A DNA stretch of 61,088 nucleotides, the filler included, from Sphacelaria rigidula (lineage: Eukaryota), in NCBI GenBank assembly GCA_964200075.2. It is 8 parts of 8 records of this genome, joined end to end, with 100 filler letters (N's around TTAATTAATTAA, not from the genome) between each part and the next. Parts side by side here need not be neighbours in the genome. Positions count along the whole stretch, not along the records: positions 22,948 to 30,496 come from CAXNAA020014386.1; positions 30,597 to 38,144 come from CAXNAA020014387.1; 6 more parts are not named here. One strand, given 5' to 3'. The first letter of the stretch is position 1, and every line of letters begins with the position of its first letter. Shown in pieces: positions 25,416-37,920 of the stretch. Position numbers and translations under genes: made by a program. Below the pieces are notes generated by a model, which saw only the letters and a program-made list of their open reading frames with translations, was not told where the DNA came from and ran no database searches.

Positions 25416-28310
25416 CTGGGTTCGCCCGGGTCGCACGACTGGAGCTCGGCCGTGGCGACTGACGCGACCGGGAACTTTTTCGTAGCCGGACAGACCGACG
25501 GTTACATGTTCTCGCCAAGCACTGTGACCGGACAAGATATGTGGGTGGCTAAGCTGGAAGGGGATAGGGGCGAGGTTATGTGGGGATTTCAGGTGGGATG
25601 GATCGAGTATTCGATTGACTGAACACTTGCGTAAGCAGAAAAACAATACAAGCCTTTTTTTTTGTCGTGAGTACCGGGGGTGTTCGGAGGCTGATTGGTG
25701 TAGTGTTTTCAAGATCCATGTCATGAACATGTCGGGGAAAATTAGAAGCGAGCAAGGAAAAAAAATGCATGTAGGCAAAATTGCGTCCTTTCACATATGG
25801 TTCTGAAAGAACTTCGAACTCTCAACACTAAATACTACCCGGGCAAATGATGCGTGTGTGTTTTGTATATATATATATAGAGAGAGAGGGTTATTGGATA
25901 CAATATCTTCAATCAATGCCCCTGGGCGTTGCCGTCCGTCCCTACGGGTACATGCATGTACTTTTTTTCCTTTGTTTTTTGAATGTGCTGTACCGACCGA
26001 TTCGAGTCAGCTCTGTCGCATGTTGAACCGAAACTACGAAGTGTTTCCTTGGGGAGCATGACGTAGATCGTGGCCGTGATACCGTTGCCACCCGCGGTAT
26101 CCGGCGTCACGGTTTCCACAGTGCTCGTTTTCGAGCCGCCTCTGGCAAAGGTGGAAAGGAGCGACTGACTGTCAGCTGTCGATTATCGCCCTTGAGGGGA
26201 GACGATGATGCTCTTTCCTTGTCACTCCGCACGCGACGCGTGGATAAACTTGTCCAGAGGCAAAGACACTCCAGAGAAGCATGGAATAGCGCGCGGGACG
26301 TTCGCTTGGTTAGGGCCGCGCTTTGGCTTTATTGATGCCAGTTTACCAAGCGATATTCCTAATTCAACCGAGTGTTAGCAAGCTTGTTGACCATTTTATT
26401 GCTGCCGCTTAACTGAGGCACACAAGTCGTGGCTGAGGAGCACTTTTTTATTGATTCCCCCCCCCCTAACATAATTAGGATACCCGAAGGTACAGTATCC
26501 TATCCTCACACCTCCTCTGTGAAACTAGACCATCCCGGCAGCGAAAACAACAAAAATGCCAACATTCGGGTCGGTATCCTGTGCTCTAACCAACCGCCTT
26601 TGCGCAATCAAACCCACCCCCGGCCACAAAAAACAACCGATAAACGACAAACGACAAAAAACAGACCGGGTCGCAGGGAAAGGAAGTGGCTTCTGCTCTC
26701 GCCGTGGACCCCAACACGGGAGACGTGCTCGTGTGCGGTTCGACAACCGGCGGACTTTTCCAGCGCCAAAATTCGGCGCCTTCCAATGCGAGCGGCGATG
26801 ATGTTGCTCGGCAACCGGCGGCGGCGGCTGGAGGGGTAGCGGAGGCGTATTGCGCCAAGTTAGCCGCGGCGGATGGAAAAGTAAATTTTTTTTCATGTGT
26901 ATATCGAGATATTACCACACAGTGCAGGGCTGTACCCCTGACGTTCATATTCATACTGTTGCGGTCCTGAATAGTGCTGGGTTCGGATGTGTACGGTATA
27001 GCGTGTGGTGGGACGCTCTCGTGGTCAAACCACTGGGTCCTTGTGCGTGTACCCTTATTATTGTGTCCGAAGATGTCGACGTGTGGACTCCCAGGGGTGA
27101 ACGGTGCCAGATTACTCGAACATGTGTGCGAGATGTAATCAATACGTAGTGCGCATATACGCCGACCGGCCGAGTTCGATCGGTACTGCACGTACCCCTC
27201 GGAAGGCAGTCAGCTGCGCACGAAGCAGACTGACTCACTTTGGTGGAAGACTAGCGTTAACACGGAGGAGCAGTAAGATGGTGATGGTGACAATGCTTTC
27301 GTCAGTCGCCGAGCAGACTTTGCCGTAGGCTTGTAGGTATAGCAACAAGACATATAACCAGGAAGGGCCGCTACTCCTCCAAACATGCGGCCAAGGAGGA
27401 GCTACATGCAAGACACGAAAACACGTCTGGAGTATGACACATACTGCCTAGTCGGTAGAACTGCGTGGAACTTTGTCAGTATAACGCTTCCTTACACTCG
27501 GTCGGCTTCACCCGAAACAATACCTTATTTTGTCTAGCAACTGTAGTGTGTTACATTTCGCTACTGGTGACCGTGTGTGTGTGTGTGTGTGTGATAGTTT
27601 TTGCCTCGCGTTTTTTCTGTTTTTACCCCCGGAATTCACGTGGTACTGTTGACAGTAAGTTTCAGCAGCTGTATTGTACGGGTACACAGTCGGCATCCAT
27701 GCCTTGTCAGTCTGGAGCTGTAGTAGGTGTTGTGTGCTGTTTCTTTCAAGTGTGGTGCTTATGCTGTGCTTGACTGCAGCATCAGCAGGAGCAGCAGCAG
27801 TAGGCGGGCAGCGTCGCTCAACAAGCATTGAGGCCCCCATCGCCACCGTTCGTTCGTGGGTATTATGTGGAGAGCACGTTCCTGCGGTTCTCGAGGTCCC
27901 TGAGGTTCTCGAGGTTCCTGAGGTTCCACAAGTAAGGTCCCCCAAGCAACTTGCCATGAAGGGGTTTTCCCCCCATTTATCGGGCAGCTTGCTGTAGCTG
28001 ACCCGGTGCCGAGGAGAGATGACTCTCGAACCCTAAGCAATCCGTGTGTGCTCCGCACCACTGTAGTAGATCCGTCGGCGAACCTAGACTCTTACAGCAA
28101 AAAGCACGAGCACAGTCGTCTCGGCAGTCTGGTACACAACCCGGTCTTTCGGGAGGGCATAGTGTTCCCAGGTGGTGGGATTTCAATGCGACATGTTTCT
28201 CGACACGTGGGACTTCGGTTGTTGGTGGCGATCTCTTGAAGCGATAACGCGCGTCCAATGTCTTCCAGTTCATTGTACTCTGCATGTCATTGTATTCCCT
28301 CCGGGTATTA

Positions 28311-28350
<40 letters not shown>

Positions 28351-29480
28351 TCCCCCATTGCTCCTCGCGTTACCTTCGGCGGCTTTTCCCATTTTTTGCT
28401 GCACGACTTACAGTACTTTGAGTACAGAGCGTCCATCTTGTGGATTATGACGACTGATGGCTCTTCCGGCATCGGTTAGAGGATGACGACCAGTTACTCA
28501 ATCTATCACTCAATCTATCACTCAATCGCTCGATCGCTTGATCACTGTCTGTGAGTTTTCCGTGCAGTCAATAACGAGGTGAAACATAAGTTGACGATTC
28601 GGACGAACCATCGCCGGTTCGAATCACCAAATCCACGATTTTTCAGGCTTGATCGCTCAACAAAGAGAAAGAAGTCGACCCCTGATCAAAAAGGTCTCCA
28701 CGTAATTTTTGCGCTATTCCACGTGCCTGGGCTGCACGTACCTGGGTTACAACGCTGAAAACAAAGCCTACGGATTGATTCGTACGGTACGAATCAATTA
28801 CACTAAAATCAAGTAATTTTCAGACGAATCATTGATATGTCCGACCCTTGAAGTTGCAGTATTTGGCATGAGGGGGGGGAGGGGGGGGGGGGGGAGGGGG
28901 GAGTATTTGACATCGATATGGGGAAAGAACAGCAACAGTAAACAGTCTATTCGTGAGATTGAGAGTAGAGGAAACGATTGAGAGTGAAAAGCGGTCTATT
29001 AGTGAATTAATCGTTTAGATTCCGAAATGTCCCTTCACGAAAATATGCTTTCTGTAGTAGCTGGCCACTGAGACCCTTGATATCTCTGAGTAGGATATTG
29101 ACGCGTAGCTGCAAGCACGCACAAGTGATATTGGCAAAGAAAAGCACACGCGGAATGAAAAAGTGTCCGAGTTAAAGCGAATGATCAAAGCCACTCTCAA
29201 TCAACGCTCTACTCCCAATCTCACGAAAACGCTATTAGTAGTCGACGCCGACCTTGTCGCTTTTTGCATTTCCTTATTTGATTTTATTCTCTATTTTCAT
29301 GGATTACTTCCGTGTTCTGTTTCGTTTTGTTTTGTCTTGTTTATATCCTTCCTTGTATTTATTTTTATTTTTATTTTTTCCGTTCTTCCCCGTGACGTTT
29401 CACTTGCTGCTGGTCGTTCATTGTTTGTCTTTTGCTGGCGCTTGTTTTTGCTCTTGCTCTTTCTGCTGCTGCTACCACTA

Positions 29481-29515
<35 letters not shown>

Positions 29516-29693
29516 ATTGTCGTGCTTTGACGGGATGTAATTGTTTCCGTTCGTTGGCCTTAAATGATCGTGGAAGGTGGTGTGGGGGTCGCGGTTGAAA
29601 GGGGGCTCGAGTGATGGGTTGCTTGCGGTCGCCGTGGATCCAGAGTCGGGAGACATCTTCGCGGCCGGGTTCACGACCGACACCGTCGGTACG
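25416..29693 (+). CDS. SBBP-type beta-propeller repeat protein, partial; exons ~25416-25592, 26665-26880, 29577 to 29688 or 29693
   Basis: In-phase exons: LGSPGSHDWSSAVATDATGNFFVAGQTDG..DMWVAKLEGDRGEVMWGFQ | TGSQGKEVASALAVDPNTGDVLVCGSTTG..EAYCAKLAAADGK | VVWGSRLKGGSSDGLLAVAVDPESGDIFAAGFTT. Three copies of the G....D....VA(V/T)D..G....G.T.G blade motif, each bounded by AG/GT. Confidence 0.85.
28308..28349. repeat. (TTA)n microsatellite
   Basis: Direct inspection. Confidence 0.95.
29480..29515. repeat. (CTG)n microsatellite upstream of an exon acceptor
   Basis: Direct inspection. Confidence 0.9.
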
Positions 29694-29757
29694 GTATATC
29701 TGCGCCTTATGTTGGTCTTGTTGCCATTCTTGAATTATCATTTCATATATGTGTATA

Positions 29758-30269
29758 CTACCTCTGCCCCATAAGTAAAGGTACCTGAATTAGTACGGGT
29801 CCTTGACTATGTCCGATCTTTTTTTTTAATAAACTCCACGGCGTTTTTTGGGTCAAGAAAATGTCTTGAAAATTTGCAGCTCGTGCTTGAACCATGCCGC
29901 CGAACGGCTGCAAAAAAAGTAGCCGGCCCCAAAATGGCCGTTTTTTGCCCCTTTCCGAGGGGGAAAAAGTGTCGATTTTTTTTTTTTTTTAATTTTTTTA
30001 ATCGCGTGGGACTTCCTGGCCCCAGTGAAGGCGGGGGCGATTAAAAAAACTTGTTAAAAAAAAGTCGACACTTGTTTTCCCCCCGGAAAGGGGCAAAAAA
30101 CGGCCATTTTTGGCCGACTACTTTTTTGCAGCCGTTCGGCGCCATGGTTCAAGCACGAGTTGCTACATTTTCTTAACCCAGAAACACCGGAGAGTTCATT
30201 TAGAAAAAAAGAAGATCGGACTAAGGGGCCGTACAAATTTAGGTACATTCACTTATGGGACAGAGGAAG
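29758..30269. mobile_element. Stowaway-like (Tc1/mariner) palindromic MITE, 512 bp, TA target duplication
   Basis: TA|CTACCTCTGCCCCATAAGTAAAGGTACCT ... AGGTACATTCACTTATGGGACAGAGGAAG|TA; arms complementary over about 240 bp. Confidence 0.8.
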
Positions 30270-30425
30270 TATGTATGTATGTGTATAATGTAGAAAGAAG
30301 AGCGCAAGCACGATATGTCGGATCCCTTTCCCCGTTTTAGTTTCAGATGATTGAACGTGCATGCTTCATCTGTCATATGTATGTAACTGTATGTGTGTTT
30401 AAGGTATGCTTTATCCAGAGCCACC

Positions 30426-30496
30426 GGTCACCCCGGTGGCTCAGTTGGTAACCTCGTAACCTTCTGATGGTTGAGTTGTGGGGTTGGATTCCCGGA
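30426..30496 (+). mobile_element. tRNA-derived SINE head or tRNA pseudogene, cut by the contig end
   Basis: A-box TGGCTCAGTTGG and degenerate B-box GGTTGGATTCCC at pol III spacing; no proper anticodon arm. Confidence 0.5.
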
Positions 30497-31003
30497 NNNN
30501 NNNNNNNNNNNNNNNNNNNNNNNNNNNNNNNNNNNNNNNNTTAATTAATTAANNNNNNNNNNNNNNNNNNNNNNNNNNNNNNNNNNNNNNNNNNNNAGGT
30601 GTGGTTGTTCGACGCCGTAAACACATCGGAGGCATCGTCAAACTTCAGCCCCCCCCCCCCCCCCGAAGAACCAGCCCAAAACTGTCACGAAATGGTCGCG
30701 CAGCGCCTGATGTTTGGTTTCAGGCTGCATGAAGTGCCTCCTATGGTCGACATTGGGGGAAGCGAACCCAAACGCGTGAATCCCCAGCTGCTCGTTGTGC
30801 CCGGCTTTTGTCATCTCGATTCACGGGCAGATTTTTTCCTCCCCGAAGCAGTCACGTTTCGTGTGTGTGTGTGTGTGGGGGGGGGGGGCTATCGCGGAAA
30901 TACTCAAAAATAAATAAATAAAAGAACCCACGGAGATACCTGGAACTAACTCACTACCCCTGCTATGATTCAGATCCACCGTAGAGTCAACAATGCGGCT
31001 CAC

Positions 31004-31086
31004 TCACGTCCAAGTCATCGTCAGGATGGGAGTCTCGTGGAAGTCATAGGCTTCGACCTGAATGTACTGCTCCTTCGTGATATCAC
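31004..31086 (-). CDS. Candidate terminal exon (xDITKEQYIQVEAYDFHETPILTMTWT*), product unknown
   Basis: Pyrimidine tract plus TTTTGCTGCAG acceptor, C/G-ending codon bias and a TGA stop. Confidence 0.4.
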
Positions 31087-31334
31087 CTGCAGCAAAACGA
31101 ATTTCCACAACAGCCAGCAAAGGCGAAAAAAAGGCGATCTCAACCATTTGAGCGCCCATGGGCGGACGGACGTAAACAGTACGCAACGTGCGAAGATATT
31201 GTTCGATTTGTGAGCAGCGGGATGCGGTCGAAAGGCGTAAGGATTTCGGCGTCGCGGAGGATTGCGGTCGACGGGCAGACGTTATAAGCGTTGGCGACTG
31301 TACAGGGATGACACCGCTGGGGTGTGCGTAGTCG

Positions 31335-31524
31335 GGTGTGTACTGCGTGGGAGAAAGCTTGCTTTTCGGTCCGCTTCTGATTTTGGACACCCCCGGATCG
31401 ACGTTTTTCGACAATACTCGGGCCAATCCGCGCCTAACCTTGACCCGAACTCTAACCCCAAACACGGGGGTGTTTGGACTCTGATGCTGTCGGGAAAGCA
31501 CGCGATCCCCTCACGATTTACAGG
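31335..31524. mobile_element. MITE family A copy (inverted)
   Basis: GGATCGACGTTTTTCGA..GGGCCA..CCTAACCTTGACCC..CTAACCCC, reverse complement of the family core. Confidence 0.65.
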
Positions 31525-32551
31525 GTATATGAGACGAACCCACCATACTGAGCTGGCTTAGTAACCCAGCAGTCGACCAGTATCCAACAAAAACTTGCAG
31601 ATACTAATCTCTGAGGCCTTCGTGAAATATGACACACTGCATGTCGAGCGCAAACACGACTCCCTCAAAGATCGACCCACCGAGGCTCACTGCCACAAAA
31701 TTATCGGGCCAACTCCATTCAAATACAATATGACCGTTCAGTCAGATCGAACGGCTTCGTGAGCGAGTACGGTAGCCCCGAGGGGCAGGTGAGCATGATG
31801 ATGAGAGACGGATCTGGGTCTGGGAGTTCTTCATTCCTCGTGCACATGAACCATCGCGCGTGTTCGCACAACAACGTGGGTAAGAACACGTCGGCTGTGA
31901 TATGCCAAACGGGAAGACAGTACGGTACAGCTGTGGTGGCCGCAAACGTCCACCTGGTAGGTATACAGGATTGTACGGATTACATGCCACAAGGGAGGCG
32001 GGTTTCCCCGGTCGACAGGACGCCATGATTGACACGTACTGTTTGTGTCAGACGCGAGATTGTGCACACCATCCCAAACTCAACGAAAGGCAGATAGAGA
32101 ACCGCTGGGAAAGGAAAGTACTTGAAGTTTTACTGTTTATATGCGAGGGGTATCCTACATTGTGGCTGTGACTGGCGCTTCAGGCCCTGATCGACCGCCT
32201 GAATTGTACATGTGCTCGGAAGCTACCCACGCTCGGATGTATGGAAGATGCACGGGTATGGCGTGAGGAGTCGGAAATGACTGTATGTGATTCATCGAGC
32301 GGGCTCTTGAACCCTGTTCCCACTAGGTCAATTTTTCTGGTTGTGTTTGCCGTTCGTAGCAATGGCTGGGCAAGGCCGCTACGTCATGTTGCGAAAAGAA
32401 AATTTCAATTATTCCATTATTTCGTGTTTGGAAACATGTATGGTTGTTATCCCACCGCGTTGATTATTTCCGTTTCCAGTTCGGGGAGTCGGCGGCACCC
32501 TCGAAAATCAGCGCAGCTGCTTGTTCCATGCAGTAGGGATACGCACGGTTC

Positions 32552-32760
32552 CAGTGTAATGTGTGAGGCGACCGCGTGAGGGGGGAACCGCACCGTAGTT
32601 CGACACACCTCAGGATGGACGTTTTCCACAACCAATCGGGCCAGTCCCTGCAGGAACCAAGCCCCTGCCCCCAACCCAAACACCAACCCTGACCGTAACC
32701 ATGCGGATGTTCAAATTCCGACGCGATCCTTTCGGGACCTGGTCCTCTCACCTATTACGC
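32552..32760. mobile_element. MITE family A copy (inverted)
   Basis: CAGTGTAATGTGTGAG..ACCAATCGGGCCAGTCCCTG..GGATGTTCAAATT..GGTCCTCTCAC. Confidence 0.8.
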
Positions 32761-33477
32761 CAGTACCACAAACACCAGGATTACACGGCATGCACTAAAT
32801 GGTTTCCCTCTTCTTGGGGGTGATGATGATGTTGGACGCCGGCGCTGCTGGCGTGACACGGTGGCGGCATATACGATGTTTTCTTTCGGCCCTCAAGCCT
32901 CATTTTTTCCCATCATTTATACAGGTGTAAAACGATAAAGTGGGCGGAGAGTTTTCAAATGGACACACGCATCATTCAGAACGGGCCCACAAAATATCAG
33001 AGAGAACGGTTCGATTGGGATAGATACTCCAGCGTTCCATACACCATGAAAGACTGCTGCCGAGAGAGCCCCCCCCACGAAACGGCCACAAACGTGGACG
33101 AAGGTGATGATCATAAATGTCCTCAGAGCTGATTTCGTGCTGCATGACTCGATTCATTTGGGCGTTATGGCTGATTTCGGACTGCTACACCCCTCTCATG
33201 TGAGCGAAATTGCTGCAAACGAGCCCACTAGTGGGATCGCAGCCGGTTTGTCGGACGGTCTCCGATGCGCTTTTTGTGGGGGGGCTATATCGGCATCAGT
33301 CGAAACCTCACGATAATGTATGTGGCGAACCCACTGCTACAACTACTGCCCTGTGTAGTAGTATGTACTGTACAAGAAAGAGCGCACAGTGTCTCCACAC
33401 ACACACACACACACACAAGGCCAAAAACCCATGCGCATCGTGATGACCTGGCTACTGCAACCAACACATAGTTGCAA

Positions 33478-33587
33478 CACGGGTGGCCACTGGAGTGCCT
33501 GTAACCTCAAATTTGGACGTTACAGACCTTGTGCAACATCTGTAACGTCCAAATTTGAGGTTGTCGGCAACCCAGTGGCCACCCGTG
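33478..33587. repeat. 110-nt hairpin (small MITE or pre-miRNA)
   Basis: CACGGGTGGCCACTGG..AACCTCAAATTTGGACGTTACAGA, 12-nt loop, TCTGTAACGTCCAAATTTGAGGTT..CCAGTGGCCACCCGTG. Confidence 0.85.
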
Positions 33588-35008
33588 AAGATGCACAACT
33601 ACAATATGAACGACGCGGAATACAGTATTTTGACACCGTAGTTCACTCAGTCACATGTGATGACAGCTGAGCCCCGTCAGATGGCGCCCTTCGGAGAACA
33701 ACAGCGGAGCGATCGTTCGCTCGCCGAGCGAGGGACGACCCTGTATTTTCCCTGACGATACTCGTGAAAACATGTTTTGCAGGCAAAACCATCCAAAATG
33801 AACGGTGAGATATCTATCCGGAACAATAAATCTATTAGATATGATCAGACAGAATGGTTGATTTGCGTCCTGATGTCATGCCATTTCCTTCAACCACAGG
33901 TGAACGAAATATGACTCATCACGTTCTCCCGGAGCAACATGAGTACAAGAGAAGCGGCGGCTGATGAGAATAACAGCACGAACAAACGCTGCTCCTGGTG
34001 CTCAGGCTGTTACAACTGCTGTAGTCCCATCCGTGTGCTCAACGATGCCATGTAAACCGGACGTGTATCTTCCAGGTTGTTGAGAACTCAGACGTGCAGC
34101 AAGTAGCGCATCCGCACATCAAATATTCTTGTTTGTTCTTCCATCGCCCTCACCACCGCCCCCCCCCCACTGAAGGTCACGATGCACTCAGAATTACACC
34201 TCATTGTACGATGAATTCCAGTACTGTGGTACACCGCTTTCGTGGAATGGATGGTATCTGCGTCAAACATCAACCACCCTGCATGTTGCCTTCCGACACG
34301 AGAGAGATGGCAGCGCGAAACGTCAGCAGTAGTCACACGTGGCTGTGCCCCATGCCGGGCATCTGCAACTCTTCGCCATCTGCACTATATACGCCTGTCC
34401 TATACGAACCTGCACAAGACTCTACCGTCTACACTGCCTCTCACCACTACGGAAATCGAACAGTCTTCACCCCGCAGGTGAGGCCGGTTAGGTCACAGGG
34501 GTCTATATTCTGTGTGAGCGTTAAACGCTAGTCAGCGGAGGAGAGCTACGGAAGGATTATTGCATTGATTGTGACGCACGCAACATACGTACATGCCATG
34601 ATACAGAGGCAATGAGCGGGAAGAAAGCCGGCCGCCTGTCCTGCGAATTTGCGCGCACTACAGGCTACGGCGTGCGTCGGTCATGGCGGTGGCACGGACG
34701 TCAACAGAGAGGTCTCGAACTCGAGGTTCCCCGTATATTTGAAAGTATATTACTGTAAAATATACTGGGAGCCTCGAGTTTGAGATACCTTCACCAACAA
34801 CCGAAGGTTGGAGAGCGGTCTACACAGTAACAAGGCACACGGCACGGACGGAACAAGGGTGTACCTAGGTGCTTTAAATGCCCACGGCAAGGAGAGAAAC
34901 CCACGGAAACCAATATGCGTTTCTCACTTTCGCCACCACCATCTGCGCGCACACTGGTCTGACCTTTGCCCCCTCTGTCATGCACTACAGCGATTCAGTA
35001 ACACTCAC

Positions 35009-35117
35009 AGTTGGCTCCATCGCCGGATGGATCGATCGTCTTGATGGGCCACGCCAAGGCAGCGGGGAAGGCCGCGGCAGCAAGCAGCCCAGCCAACCGG
35101 AACAGCGAAGAGGACAT
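35009..35117 (-). CDS. Candidate first coding exon of a secreted protein (MSSSLFRLAGLLAAAAFPAALA-WPIKTIDPSGDGAN)
   Basis: ATG, hydrophobic core, A-L-A cleavage site and a GTGAGT donor; downstream exons not resolved. Confidence 0.55.
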
Positions 35118-37720
35118 CTGTCTACTTTCGTCCCTCAACACGTCCACCCTCCACGGCGCGTTGGGTATTTGTTGGCAGTCAGAATAAACGCGATGTGTAT
35201 CTACAGTCGCCCCAGGTGCTGCAGCTGCTGAAACGCTTCTCCGTGGTGTTCGTGTGGAACGCCAGGAACGCTAGTGACAAGTGATGTGGGCGGGCGGAGG
35301 AAAGAGTGAATGCGCACAAGTCAGCACAGGTCGTTAGGGGTGGAAGGGTATCTATTCAAGCGAAAAGACAACAGAGAGTTCAGTACCGTGAAGGTAACCG
35401 GGCAGGTTTGCCAATTATTCAGCGGAAAACTGAAAGGTTTCGGATTTGTTTGTGCAGCACCTACAAAACGTAGGACCCCTTGCAGGCACAGATGGTTGAC
35501 CTTGAGGAAATAGAGAAAGTGCGGAATTTTCTGGCGTTCGGTAATCAACCCTATATCGTAGTTTGGTGCATGTGCACATATTCATGACGTTTGTACGCGG
35601 AGCTGACGACCCTCTGATGATTGGGGCGGTCTGTCTCTGCGTTTATACGTTCGTCTGTGTCAAGCAAAAACAAACGCGACCCACTAGATTTGGCCCGTCC
35701 CTGCAGTGGCACGGTAAAGTCAGCTCTCTGACCGGCGGGGTAGGTCACCTTGTGGTTGCGTATCGTTGAAACGGCATATATCTTTTGTATATCTTTTGCC
35801 CTGCAAAAACGGATAGAGTATAATTCTGCTGAAGAAGCCGGTGCCACAAAATTAGTGGCTGTTGCAAGGCTGTTGAGATGATTGGTTGTGTGGAGGTGGG
35901 TTTACCCAGGTTTCGTCCACCGCCCCCGTTCCGCCACAAAATTACGTGGTCGTCGGCGCGTCAAGAGCCTAGTGGAGTCAAAACGTTATTACGTACGTGC
36001 GCTGATGTGAGCTCTGCCAACGCACCCTATGCCTGCGGCATTTTCTGCATACACCTTGCCCGAGGGTCCTCGTTTTGCCATGGGGTCGGGTTCCGGGGTA
36101 AGATTATAGCTTTCTCGGAGTATGACGAGAACACAGACTTTCACCATGAATTAATTTGCGGAGCCGGTTTCAGCAAGAACCTCCTTCCACAATGCTTATT
36201 ATGTCAGTCGAAAAAAAAAAAAGGGCGAAAACGTCCCCCCTCCGCCCCCCCTCCCTCCTCTCCGCCCCCTCTTCTAGTGAAAAGTTGAACACGACAGACA
36301 GGTTATAGCGCTAGTTTTCAGTCAAACAACAAGAAATGTGCACGTGTTTTTGCTCGTATGTGTGCTTCGAGCTCGACATTTAGTTGAGTGCCGAGCCTAA
36401 CATTTATTTGTTGTAGCGGGTTGTTCATATAATACAGTGTCCTTGGTCGGTGGCTCCGCGCGATGCCCCGTGGTGCGTGTATCTACTCTGCTGCCCTGAA
36501 TGATTTGGGTTTCACCACTTCTTCTGTGATTTCCTTCTCTGTTCTCAGTTCCCCATATTTCTCTTTCTATGTATATGAGGTCGGGTTTATTGTTGCTGTC
36601 TCCCATGCCACACTGCTTGGCGTTGGGGCTCTCCACGATGAGTTGCTGGGACGAAAATCGAGGGGTTTCAAACAAACGCACTTCGTATCGGAGAAATGTA
36701 ACCCTTATTAGACCGCGGTGCGGGGAGTTCACATGGATCATGCATACTTTTTTCAAGTGGATATTGATGTCGATTCGGCAGGTGACCTACCCTCGCTATC
36801 AAAGGGTTAAGTCGGTAAACGCGAGGGCTATTTTAAGCTCAGAAACGCAGTGGTGACAGCCTACTAGACAGTAGTAGATAAAGAGGGAAAAGGACACGAA
36901 CGTTCAAGCAGAAAATAAAATACTTACAACATGACTATGTTCGGCTCTCCAGCAGCGCAGCAAGGTGGACGGCAAGGCGGGTAATGACACCTCAGAGTGA
37001 CTTACTTCACCATATCCGAGAGATTTCAAAAACAACCCCGACACACTTATTGGTTTGACGATTTTGGTGCAGTGCGTAGTTCGGCAAAAAAAGGTACGAG
37101 GCTTTCTCTAGAAGATGCCCGAAATACGTTATCTTCTGATTGTTTGTAACTACTGTATATGTTGTAAAAAAGTTGAAAATGACAGCAGTAGTACACTGAT
37201 TATTGATTCCTCCTTTGCCCATAATCTCAAGATCACCAGGAGGAGGAGAAACTTCCTTGGGTGATTCCACGAAGAAGAGGGGCTCACAGGTAGGTATGTC
37301 AGACGACCAAACTACTCGCGGTGTGTTCGCATGTGCGTGAAAAAAACGGTGTCAAGCAGGGGGCAGCGTAACACCAAAATTTGGACATGTAGGCCCCAAG
37401 AACGACATATATATTGAGTTTTGGAAGCGGGGGGGGAGGGGACACCCAGCCGTCCGTCCCCTGGTTTATTGCCGAAGTGTTGGCGGATGCGGTCAGCTGC
37501 CGTGGACATATATCCTTGGCATGGAGAGCTGAGGCCATTGGGACAGAGCGGGCAGGGAGCAAAAAACAAATTTTATATAAAGCCCGCAAAGCCCACCAAA
37601 CTATTCGGTTTTTGTAAGACTCAAGTGTTTAGTGATCAATTTCTTGCGATAAAATTACCGAAAGAAGAAAAAAAGCAGTACAATTTTCGAAAAAATGCCC
37701 TCCGGCATCTGAGATCATTG

Positions 37721-37920
37721 GTGTAATGCGTGAGAAGACCGCTTGCTTAGAGGACGGCATCGAAATTTGAACATCCCTATGGTTGGGATTAGTGTTTCGG
37801 GGTTACGGTCAGGGGCGTGGTCCCTGCGGGGACTGGCCCAATTGGTTTCGAAAAACGTCGATCCTGAGGTGTTTCGAACTACGACGCGTTGCCCTAAGTA
37901 CGCGGTCTTCTCACGCATTT
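37721..37920. mobile_element. MITE family A copy
   Basis: TIRs GTGTAATGCGTGAGAAGACCGC / GCGGTCTTCTCACGCATT. Confidence 0.85.

Noticed and set aside
30426-30496. Functional tRNA gene
   Set aside because: The T-loop is degenerate (GGTTGGA), there is no anticodon stem, and the sequence is truncated; a SINE head fits better.
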